Assembly (NCBI GenBank): GCA_002269645.1
Contig: NIVC01004450.1
Coordinates: 1-45,542 of the forward strand
Reading direction: 5' to 3'
Length of the DNA stretch: 45,542 nt
Source: Macrostomum lignano
Taxonomy: Eukaryota
In this document: positions 21,293 through 30,224 of the stretch, piece by piece
Position numbering within the stretch: position 1 is the first letter of the stretch
Layout: each line of letters starts with the position of its first letter
Program-made: the position numbers and the translations under genes
Notes under the pieces: generated by a model
Seen by the model: the letters and a program-made list of their open reading frames with translations, nothing else
Databases searched by the model: none
Told to the model about the DNA's origin: nothing

Positions 21293-21725
21293 ATGAGCGA
21301 ACTAACAGAAAAAGGAAAACAAAATGCTCGCTCATTGTGTCAGTGTGCTTTTTTACTACAAATTGTTTATCGGCTAAAGCATCCAAAGCAGAGAAAAAGT
21401 TTTTTACAAACACTTTCAGAGTCGGAGATACGATGTCTAGTAGACTTTCTGTTTAATATTATTAGTGGACGTATTAAAATTAGTAACTGTAACAAAAGAC
21501 GACTCGAGAAGCATCGCAGATATAGCTATACGCCAGCTTTTGGAACAGAAGACTCCAATTACTGCAAAAAGGAAAATACTTGTCCAACACGGATGATTTT
21601 TACCTTTTTTGGCTCCAATTATTGCCGCTCTACCTGCTATAAGCACTGCGCTTGGGATAACGTCTGGAGTAGTTGGTACCGCCGCGGGAGCAGCGAATTT
21701 AATACGATCAATTCAACGAAAGTAG
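21293..21725 (+). pseudogene. Maverick small basic core-type protein (PW/cupiennin-like; naming uncertain) with frameshift and nonsense codon
   Basis: RKSFLQTL...IRCL...NII.G.I....KRRLEKH, then a +1 shift near 21520 gives AIRQLLEQK..ITAKRKILVQHG*FLPFLAPIIAAL...RK*. TGA at 21594 sits where GG|F is expected. Confidence 0.8.
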
Positions 21726-21735
21726 TAGGAATATA

Positions 21736-22425
21736 ATGCGAACTAACGAGAGTAGTAGTTTTCAACGAATGTATCTAGTACCTGAATCTGTGTATCAATC
21801 TGCATGTCAAGGTGCAGAGCAAGGATCGTCACCAACTGCTGAGACACCTCGAAAAACTGAAGTTTTAGACGCACCGCAAGATGCTCTGGCAAAAAATATG
21901 GTGGAAATGAGAGACCAAATGGATAACTTGGACAAGGAAATGGAAAAGGAGCCAAATTACACAGCTCAATTGAAACGAAGCAGATTGGAAGACAAACTTT
22001 TAAAATTGCGCAAAGTCTATCGCACTGGAGACGAGGACAATCTGTCACTTGTTCGCAAAGGGACTACTGTAAGAAGTTCATATGCCAGCGAATCAAGGGA
22101 AATTCCTAAAGTTTTTTTACCACGTTTCGAAGCTCTCGCTCAAAACCTATTTTCGGACATGGACAAGAATGCAGAACCAATGCTGGCTAATTTGACTGAT
22201 GCCGAGATACAAGATCTCATGGAATATGTTGTTCGAGACAGACCGCTTAAGCGACACGAGACTCAACCGCCTAGTGGACTAAAAACATTTTTAGACTTTC
22301 TTCGAAAACGTGGAATCGCAGCAAACCAAATCGGGCGTCATGTACGAAACGAGCTAATGTCTGCTCCAAAAACTGTTGCAAAGGAGGATCTTAGTCTGTT
22401 TGAAAATTATCAAACACTGAATTAA
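21736..22425 (+). CDS. Conserved Maverick ORF (PZ-like; naming uncertain), 229 aa
   Basis: N-terminal RMYLVPE and C-terminal PPSGLKTFLDFL...QIG patterns recalled from Maverick ORFs; position in the virion block. Confidence 0.55.
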   Translation: MRTNESSSFQRMYLVPESVYQSACQGAEQGSSPTAETPRKTEVLDAPQDALAKNMVEMRDQMDNLDKEMEKEPNYTAQLKRSRLEDKLLKLRKVYRTGDEDNLSLVRKGTTVRSSYASESREIPKVFLPRFEALAQNLFSDMDKNAEPMLANLTDAEIQDLMEYVVRDRPLKRHETQPPSGLKTFLDFLRKRGIAANQIGRHVRNELMSAPKTVAKEDLSLFENYQTLN

Positions 22426-22526
22426 GTTGTTTTAAATGTTTTAACAAAATTGATTCGAGCACTATAAGCTTTTTAAAAAGGTTACTTTTTTGTTTATTAA
22501 AAATATATAGTTTAATAAGACAAACC

Positions 22527-22715
22527 ATGTCATCTATCTTCCAAAAACTTTTGATTCGTCTCTGTGAGTTTTTTTGCATAAAATCTGAATGTGTGCCGTT
22601 TCTGGGAAAGGAGCACAACGAGGATACTGACGGAGATTCGATCGAGGCTTCGTTCTTTTGTTGCAACTGTCAAACGACTAGCATCAATCTAACTGATGAT
22701 GAAGCGAGTGCGTAA
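22527..22715 (+). CDS. Small Cys-rich/acidic ORF, 62 aa, unknown
   Basis: ATG-initiated, preceded by TATAAGC at 22463, and overlaps the integrase start as neighbouring genes do. Confidence 0.35.
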   Translation: MSSIFQKLLIRLCEFFCIKSECVPFLGKEHNEDTDGDSIEASFFCCNCQTTSINLTDDEASA

Positions 22716-23856
22716 GGAAATTGAAGAATTTTTGACGGATTCTTTTTTTAACTTGAACAAGCCTACTTCATTTAGTGGTAACAAGACTATACTTGTTCGT
22801 TAAGTACGTAAAAAGTTTCCACAGATTACGAACAAAGTTGCAAAGCGCGAAGTTGATAATTGGGTGCGATCAACAAATGAGCATCATTTATTTCGAAAAA
22901 CACGACGAAACTTTCCAACTCCAAAAATTAGTGTGCCACCAGTTGCAAAGTTTCAGTTTCAAATCGATTTGGCAGATTTACCTCAATACAAGACGGAAAA
23001 TCGAGGTTATCGTTACATACTTGTTCTTATCGACTGTTTTACTAGAGTTGTACGACTAAGACCATTGCGTACAAAGAAGCCTTCAGAAGTTAGTCAAGTA
23101 TTACTAGAGATTTTTCGAAGTGGTTTTAAGCCTGTTTATTTACAAGGTGATGCTGGTATGGAGTTTCTCGGAAGAGCTACACGTCAAATGCTGAAACAGG
23201 AAGGAGTTCGATTTTTTGTTAGCCAAAGCAATTACAAGGCAAGCATGGCTGAACGATTTATCCGCTCGTTAAAGGAACGTCTATTACGATACTTTCGAGC
23301 AAAAAATTTACCTCGATGGTTTGACATTTTGCCACAATTGGAAGATAATTTCAACTCTAGTCCTCATCGATCCTTGAGTGGAGAAACACCAAAACGTGTA
23401 GAGACAGACCCGCATTTACAAGGAATTTTGTGGGACAAAATGTTTGCGAAGTCGTACACTAAAAATAATGAGAATAAATTTAAAGTTGGTGATTGGGTTA
23501 GAATTACACGACGTCGAGGAACATTTGAAAAAGGATACACTACGACTTGGAGTAATTCAAAATATCGCATTCAGCGTGTACACTTGACAGACCCGCCAAT
23601 GTACGAATTAGTGGACCCTGAAGATGGATTTGAAGTGCTGAAAGGAAGGTTTAACCAAGCGGAACTAATGTTGGTAAACGAGACAGATGAAACACCTAAT
23701 GAAATTGAAAAAGTTATTGAAACTGATCGAGCGAAAAATGGAAGTCGTCTGTATCTAGTAAAATGGAAAGGTATGCCAATCTCAAGAAGTCAGTGGTTAA
23801 ACGAAAATGATCTTGACGCAAAGACTGCTAAACTATTTTCTAAAGTGTATAAGTAA
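22696..23856 (+). pseudogene. Retroviral-type (rve) integrase with C-terminal chromodomain, premature stop at codon 36
   Basis: DDE motifs QIDLADL, LQGDAGMEF and SMAERFIR; chromodomain YLVKWKG...SQW. ATG at 22696 is in frame and encodes the conserved F...KPTSFSG N-terminus, but TAA lies at 22801-22803. Confidence 0.92.
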
Positions 23857-23897
23857 CACATGAATTGGGATTGCATGACGAAGAGAAGACTGTTGAA

Positions 23898-24356
23898 ATG
23901 GATCCTATTTTTGCTTTTTATTCTGGTCCGAATAGATCTGCTGAAGGTGGAGGTGGATATGGCATTCCTGTTTACGAAGGTTACGGTTTTTTGTCAAATT
24001 TGGCGGACAGATTGGTGTATCCTGTACTACGCAACGCAAAGAAAGATTTCTTGGATCGTGGTCTGGAGTATTTGAAAAGTGCGACAGCAAAAATTGGTAT
24101 GGGTCGGAAGCGTCACTTGGACACAGAATCGAGCGAAGAGATGTTTAATACACCTGCAGTCTCGAGACCAAAGCGAAGGAAAAGAACCAGTGGAGTGGCT
24201 ATAAGCTTAGGAAAGAAGAAACGGCAAAAGAAACGACGAACAAGACAGTGTGGAAAGGGACGCGTGAACAAAAGAAAACGCAAGATTACCGGTGGTATAG
24301 GAAAACGTCGAACTGCTACTGCAAGCAAGAAACTTTTTAGTCTGTTTGAAAAGTAG
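23898..24356 (+). CDS. Basic Gly/Arg/Lys-rich core (genome-condensing) protein
   Basis: Y..P...G.GYG.PVY.GYGF..L...L.PVL N-terminus and highly basic C-terminus, located immediately before the capsid gene. ATG at 23898. Confidence 0.7.
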   Translation: MDPIFAFYSGPNRSAEGGGGYGIPVYEGYGFLSNLADRLVYPVLRNAKKDFLDRGLEYLKSATAKIGMGRKRHLDTESSEEMFNTPAVSRPKRRKRTSGVAISLGKKKRQKKRRTRQCGKGRVNKRKRKITGGIGKRRTATASKKLFSLFEK

Positions 24357-24357
24357 C

Positions 24358-25680
24358 ATGAACCATTTGCTTGGACCTGATATTGCTGCTCTTAAAAGTG
24401 AATTGTCGCTATTTGATCAAAGTCCTGTTCAGTTTAGTGTTTTGGATAATCGATATACTAACATTCAACCGCAACATGGTATTACAAAAGGATCACCTAT
24501 CGAATTTGAAGTTGTGCCTGCAGGCGATTTGTATTTGGATCTACAAGAAACTGTGCTCACGGTATGCTTCAGCGTTAGTGATAGTGAAGGTGAACCTATA
24601 GATGCAACGAAAAATTTTGTTTGTTTGAATAATTTGGTTATTGGAACATTGTTTGAAGACGTTCAATTTACTATTGGCGATACTGTAGTTGAAGGTGGTA
24701 GTTTTATGTATCCATACAAGGCTATGCTTCTCACATTACTGGAATATGGACATACAGCTCAGAAGGCTGGTTTACTGCCGTGGGGGTTTTACAAGGATAC
24801 AGCTGGTAAAATGAATGCAACAAGTGAAAACGATGGACGAACAAAGAGGCAGGCGCTCATTGCTAACAATAGGCGGTGCACTGTATCGGGGCCGTTATTC
24901 TTGGATTTGTTTCGTCAGCCTCGGTATCTACTATCAAAGACACCACTATGGATCAAGCTCATACCGGCAAAAAGTAAATTTGTCCTGAGCGGGTCAACAT
25001 TAGAAGCTGGTGCGGTTTTAAAAGACTATGAGATCAAGTTTTTGCGTGCAGAACTACGATTGCGGTTTGTTCAACCCTCGCCGAGTGTTATCAGTGCACA
25101 TGCTCATGGACTTAAAAGTCACAATGCATTATATCCGCACCGAAGTCTAAGCCTTGGTACGTTTACTATACCCCGAGGATCGTCTAGCCATACGCATGAA
25201 AATTTGTTTCCTAGTGGGGTACCACGGCTTTTATTGATGGCAATCGTAAGCAACAAGGCATTCAATGGAAGCATGGACACAAATCCGTTCAACTTTGAGC
25301 ATGCAAATGTGAGCAGCATTGGTGTGTTTGTGAATGGAGACTCGGTACCATCGCGTCCGCTGCAGACAAACTTTGGAGATGATTGTGTGACAGAGTATAA
25401 TTTTTTGCTACAACAGCTTGGAATCTATCTACAGGGACGAGATATTGGATTTAATATGCTGGATTACGCCAATGGTTACTCAATTTTTGCATTCAGTCTT
25501 GGAAGTGAACCTGGTGTCGGACGGGGAGTGCAACTGTATAAGGAAGGAAATGTAAAACTAGAGTTACGCTTCAATGCTGCAACTAGTACCGTGTACAACG
25601 TCATATTTGGAGGTATATTTGACAAGCAACTGCAACTGACTGAACTTCGCGACATTGTTCCTGGCACAGTATGGAAGTAA
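24358..25680 (+). CDS. Major capsid protein (double jelly-roll, hexon-like)
   Basis: ELSLF...PVQ.S...PIEF.V...D.YLDL..T N-terminus; GPLFLDLF.Q.RYL; FNF.H.NV..I...VNG; ~440-aa open frame. Confidence 0.93.
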   Translation: MNHLLGPDIAALKSELSLFDQSPVQFSVLDNRYTNIQPQHGITKGSPIEFEVVPAGDLYLDLQETVLTVCFSVSDSEGEPIDATKNFVCLNNLVIGTLFEDVQFTIGDTVVEGGSFMYPYKAMLLTLLEYGHTAQKAGLLPWGFYKDTAGKMNATSENDGRTKRQALIANNRRCTVSGPLFLDLFRQPRYLLSKTPLWIKLIPAKSKFVLSGSTLEAGAVLKDYEIKFLRAELRLRFVQPSPSVISAHAHGLKSHNALYPHRSLSLGTFTIPRGSSSHTHENLFPSGVPRLLLMAIVSNKAFNGSMDTNPFNFEHANVSSIGVFVNGDSVPSRPLQTNFGDDCVTEYNFLLQQLGIYLQGRDIGFNMLDYANGYSIFAFSLGSEPGVGRGVQLYKEGNVKLELRFNAATSTVYNVIFGGIFDKQLQLTELRDIVPGTVWK

Positions 25681-26234
25681 TTGATTCTATCCTAGATCGT
25701 GGTGTAACAGATCGCTTCCTTCGCAATGTTGTATCGAAATTGTGCGCACATTTTTTAAATGTTGTATTTCTTGGTGTTTTTCCTCAAAACTTTGTTGGTG
25801 GACTTGCACGCTTACCTTTAGACGGTAAAGACTATTTTTTTATCGTTAATACTGACGTCTCCAACCTGCCCGGAAAACATTGGGTATGCGTTTGGGTTTA
25901 TGGTCATCGAGCAGGTCGCGGTAGCAAACGACTTGGTGAATATTTTGATTCTCTTGGTCTAGTACCATTGCCAAGAATAGCAAAATGGCTAGGAAAAGAA
26001 TGTGGAAATTCGAAAAATTGGTGTTATAGTCGCTTTGCTATCCAAGACCCACAGAGTGGAAGTTGTGGATTTTGGGTAATTTTTTATATTTTTCATAAGT
26101 TGACTATCAGAGGAAACCTAGAGTGTTTTATTCGAAGCGTTTTTAAACGGAATATAATTCGCACTGGTTCGTTTCGATACTTGTATGCTAAATTACGCAA
26201 TTTTGTTTTACGAGTGCTGCCTCAATATTTGTAA
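25671..26234 (+). CDS. Adenain-like cysteine maturation protease
   Basis: FLGVFP, IVNTD....GKHWV (His), EYFDSLG (Asp), Q...SGSCG (Gln/Cys); overlaps the MCP stop codon. Confidence 0.93.
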   Translation: MEVIDSILDRGVTDRFLRNVVSKLCAHFLNVVFLGVFPQNFVGGLARLPLDGKDYFFIVNTDVSNLPGKHWVCVWVYGHRAGRGSKRLGEYFDSLGLVPLPRIAKWLGKECGNSKNWCYSRFAIQDPQSGSCGFWVIFYIFHKLTIRGNLECFIRSVFKRNIIRTGSFRYLYAKLRNFVLRVLPQYL

Positions 26235-26468
26235 ACTCGCTAATTTGTGCGTCAAATTGTGTTTGTATCTAGTTGAAATATACAATACTGCTTGAAAAGA
26301 AGAATTTAAATGCGTTAAGTTATACGCGAAATAAGCTTTGTGTCAAATTGAATTTTGGTTGGGCTTGTAATTAGCAGCATTCATTGCGGATAGAATTTAG
26401 GTGGATAGACAGGTGTTTGCGTAAAAGTGATTCAGCTAATTGGTTAATTCATTGCGTAAAAGCTAGTT

Positions 26469-26571
26469 TGCGTGCACGGCAAATTTCAGACTCTGCCATT
26501 TTTTGGGCCTGTACTTACTATGTATTTCGCCATAAGGAAATCGGCTTTGTGTCAAAAAAACGTATACTACT
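26469..26571 (-). repeat. Maverick right TIR
   Basis: Reverse complement of 11615-11717 with 4 mismatches, ending ACTACT. Confidence 0.95.
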
Positions 26572-27154
26572 GCGGTCTGCACTCCGAATCGTGAAAAATA
26601 AAACAAAAAATTCACTGGCTCTGAAGTGCGTAAAATGCGTACGCAAGTTGGCAGACATTCGGAGTACAGAAGAGAAAGAATAGCCCAGACTGCGGACAAT
26701 CGAGGCGCACACAACTACAGTGCATTGCACAGCGGTCTACGCTCAGCACTGTGACGAATTCGAGCCATTGCTGTGCGCATAGAAAAGAACTTTGGTACCG
26801 CATTTCGGCCCACAGAATCTGCCTGCTTGCAAGGACAAAAAAGAGATGACTAACCAGAGCTGCTGTAGCTGGTACGAGTAGTAAAATTTTTTAAAGACAA
26901 ATCGCGTCAGTGCGTTGCGTTGCCATGCAGGTGAGAAAGTAGGCTGCTTTCCTGTATTAGTATTTTGCATGACGATTCCATGAACTTTGTTTTATACATT
27001 CTAAGTTTGATGACCATTTATTTTATTAGGACGCTCAGGGGTCAGTGCTGCAGCAAGACAACGAGCAACAACCGCTGCTGCCGGAGAGAAAGGTACACTA
27101 AATATCCCCTCAGAAGGTATTTAAAAGATATACAGTATATAAAGTGTACCTCTG

Positions 27155-27455
27155 AATAAGTACACCCTTGAATGAGTACACCCTTGAATGAGTACACCCT
27201 TGAATGAGTACAATCTTGAATGAGTACACCCTCGAATGCAAGTACACCCTTGAATGAGTACACCCTTGAATGAGTACACCCTTGAATGAGTACACCCTCG
27301 AATGCAAGTACACCCTTGAATGAGTACACCCTTGAATGAGTACACCCTTGAATGAGTACACCCTTGAATGAGTACACCCTTGAATGAGTACAATCTTGAA
27401 TGAGTACACCCTCGAATGCAAGTACACTCTTGAATGAGTACACCCTTGAATGAGT
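27155..27455. repeat. 16-bp minisatellite GAGTACACCCTTGAAT with periodic variant units
   Basis: About 18 copies with recurring GAGTACAATCTTGAAT and CCCTCGAATGCAAGTAC variants. Confidence 0.95.
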
Positions 27456-27564
27456 TCACCCCCTAATGAATGCAACCCTGAATCCGGGTTGTAAGCAGCG
27501 GCAACTACTAGCGTATTTGAGTTTTCAACTCTGTTTTTCCCCGCAGACAGCCGCATCTGCAGAA

Positions 27565-29520
27565 ATGAGCGTGGTGTGGAAGATCGCGGGCATCGCACTT
27601 ATTTTTGCACTGGTGTCGTTTGCCTGCGTTGTGGAGCTTCGAGCCTACGAGCAGAGCCAGAGGGATGTAATCTGCAACGAGGGCGAGTGCCACAGGTCAC
27701 CAGAGGTCAACAGCACCAGGCACAAGGAGGTTTGGTTAGCGTGCCTGTCCTCCAGGTGTTTTCTTGCGTCGCTGGCGTTGGTTGCCATGGTAACCCTGGA
27801 GTGTGTAGCTCTAAGACATAGAATAGTTGATTCTGTGAAAATTGGCAGCGTGCTGATTAAAAATTTCCCATCTTGCGTCAAGGGAACGCCCGAGCTCTGC
27901 AGCCTGCCGTCCGATCTCCTCGTCAAGGCGTTTTGGCTCTTCGCCATCCCGAACTGCCTGTCGATGGGGATCGAGGTCGGCTGCGAGATCGATGAAATCT
28001 TGAAACACAAGGAGTGGGAGTCTCACTCCGCAACCATGATTGCCTGGCGGGTACTGCTGTTCCTCTGTACCATTGTTCAGATCCGACTGGTAGCCAAGTA
28101 CGCATTCCAGTCCATTCAGCTGAGGCTGGGACTCTCCTGGATCATCCTGTCCGCCATCATGTCATTCAACATAGCCGTGTGGTTCTCCACCATCGGCCTG
28201 GAGGTTCAGGGCATCAACGGCGCAGAGAAGGTGATTCCGAAAGGCTCCAATTGCGACGAGAACTCGTTGGGTCATTTCAACGAGCTGCTGTACCCGTTTC
28301 AAATTGAGTACTGCGTCATGGGCTCTCTGATGGCCTTCACGCTGATGTCCAACCTGGGCAGGGTGGCGAATCACCTGCAGAGGCAGCATTTTCCCGATTC
28401 AGACGCTGTTGAAAGGAAAATCAAAGAACTGCTGCAGCCTGCAGAAAGCATGACCACACACCGACAATTCTTGCCCAACTTCGAGGTCATTCGTCAGCAT
28501 TCGTTAATATTTGTCGCCGAGCTGCTGCTGCTTATCCTCTCAGTGGCCTGTGTGGCGTTCGTGCGCTTTGACGATCCGAACAACAGCGTCAGAGGCATTG
28601 TCTTCAACTTGACGCTGCTGTTGTTGCATTGCTTTGGGATGGCGACTCTCCTCATCATGTGTTGCTACATCAGAGGCGACAACAAGCAAAAGATCAGCGC
28701 CACGCACTTTCCTGACCGGTTGCTGCTGTGGCTGGGCACAGCCGCCATCCTGCTGAACAGCGTGTACAGGCTGTGGGGCAACACAAACGTGTTAATTTTG
28801 GAGGGCAATAGAGTTGAGAATACGACCGACCACAGCGTGCCGGAGTACCCGATGGTCTCGCGAAATCTGACCGAGGCCAATAAAATCAGACTGGAACTGC
28901 AGATTGGCAACGCGATATCCAACTTAGTTCAGAGCGCCGCTCAGACCGCTCTGCTGGAGTGGATCCTGATCAGCAGGTTCTCAAACCACAGCAAGCTGAC
29001 CGAATGGTGCAAAAGTCTCCTACGGTTACAATCACAACCACGTCAGGACCAACCACGTCAGGACCAACCACGTCAGGACCAACCACAACGTCAGGACCAA
29101 CCACAACGTCAGGACCAACCACGTCAGGACCAACCACAACGTCAGGACCAACCACAACGTCAGGACCAACCACGTCAGGACCAACCACAACGTCAGGACC
29201 AACCACAACGTCAGGACCAACCACATCAGGACCAACCAATTAGTCCCAAAATCTGCGCCCTGCTCAACCTTCTGATGGTGATCAACGGAGCTGAATGGAT
29301 TCTGAGCGCCCTGTGCTTCCCGTTCTTCTTTCCTGAGGATCAGAAGGACGCCCTCTCGCTACTGCTGACGCCGCTGCAGGTGTTCTACGCGTTCCACTCA
29401 GCCATTTGCATTCACGACTTCAAAGGGCATCTGAAAATGGAGGCCGCTGAAGCCGATGACGAGCAAGTTGCAGAGGATCCATTGGCTGTTAATTTTGAAA
29501 ACATCTTCGGTCAAAACTGA
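27565..29520 (+). CDS. Otopetrin-like proton channel, intronless coding region
   Basis: Multi-TM protein with LLYPFQIEYC (family LYPF.IEY), LVQSAAQT, INGAEWI and QVFYAFHS (family FYRFHS). Likely ATG at 27565 follows a splice acceptor at 27546. Confidence 0.85.
   Translation: MSVVWKIAGIALIFALVSFACVVELRAYEQSQRDVICNEGECHRSPEVNSTRHKEVWLACLSSRCFLASLALVAMVTLECVALRHRIVDSVKIGSVLIKNFPSCVKGTPELCSLPSDLLVKAFWLFAIPNCLSMGIEVGCEIDEILKHKEWESHSATMIAWRVLLFLCTIVQIRLVAKYAFQSIQLRLGLSWIILSAIMSFNIAVWFSTIGLEVQGINGAEKVIPKGSNCDENSLGHFNELLYPFQIEYCVMGSLMAFTLMSNLGRVANHLQRQHFPDSDAVERKIKELLQPAESMTTHRQFLPNFEVIRQHSLIFVAELLLLILSVACVAFVRFDDPNNSVRGIVFNLTLLLLHCFGMATLLIMCCYIRGDNKQKISATHFPDRLLLWLGTAAILLNSVYRLWGNTNVLILEGNRVENTTDHSVPEYPMVSRNLTEANKIRLELQIGNAISNLVQSAAQTALLEWILISRFSNHSKLTEWCKSLLRLQSQPRQDQPRQDQPRQDQPQRQDQPQRQDQPRQDQPQRQDQPQRQDQPRQDQPQRQDQPQRQDQPHQDQPISPKICALLNLLMVINGAEWILSALCFPFFFPEDQKDALSLLLTPLQVFYAFHSAICIHDFKGHLKMEAAEADDEQVAEDPLAVNFENIFGQN
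29032..29238 (+). repeat. In-frame 15/18-bp coding repeat (QDQPR/QDQPQR)
   Basis: CAGGACCAACCA(CAA)CGT units within the otopetrin-like ORF. Confidence 0.95.
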
Positions 29521-30224
29521 TGGCATACTCCACATGTGGGTTGAGTATATTGGATGGAGTACTATCCAAATGAATCGAAAGCGTGTACCAGAATGGTGTC
29601 AGGCTTCTTGGACGATTTTGCTGTTTTCTAGCTTGAACTAAATATTTATTTTATCTTTTTTCTCGTATTTTTATATCTCTGTATATCAGATCGAGACGGT
29701 TTGGATAAATTAAGAAACGAGACTTTCACCAATCGAGACGAAATATTCCGGCGGATGTCACCAATAACAATAAGGGGTATCCAAAAACCAGTTTTTTGTT
29801 ATCTCTGTAATGTAATTTGTCTACTTAGTCTGTGGCCGTTTCCCCCCCCCCCACCCCGTGCAGTGATTTTTAAGCTACTATGGCGAATATTTATAGAGAA
29901 GCAATTGCGTACACCTTAACAGCGGCCCTTATATCTTTTGTGTAAACTCCGTATACGCCAAAAAAGCTCGTTTATTGATCCGCTTATTTTTAGGGAATAG
30001 GCCGTCTATGGCTATTCCTGTTTACGTACAAACTGACTAGTTAAGTAATGGTCTCGGTTTTCGAGCCCATTATCTATATAATGGTACTGATTCGCAGGCC
30101 CAAAGAAACGTATATTTCCCAAGCAAATAATAAAAACAGTAACCAGAATAAGGAGCAAACACGATATAAATTGTTTATTAAGCTATTCATAGCTGAACAG
30201 CTAGTTTGCTGCTTATTTAGCAGT

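Larger units (their letters stand above)
19035..25543 (+). promoter_or_regulatory. Recurrent TATAAG motif, one upstream of each of eight virion-block genes (span of occurrences)
   Basis: TATAAG at 19035, 20196, 21239, 21638, 22463, 23848, 24200 and 25537. Six are TATAAGC. Each lies 21-158 nt before a start codon. Confidence 0.6.
11615..26571 (+). mobile_element. Maverick/Polinton (adintovirus-like endogenous virus), 14,957 bp
   Basis: AGTAGT...ACTACT termini with 103-bp TIRs. Encodes integrase, packaging ATPase, penton, major capsid protein, adenain protease, PLA2 protein and pPolB remnants. Confidence 0.97.

Noticed and set aside
26572-26900. Possible Cys-rich transposase tail in the Maverick right flank
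   Set aside because: Scattered Cys motifs across broken frames; no convincing family pattern.
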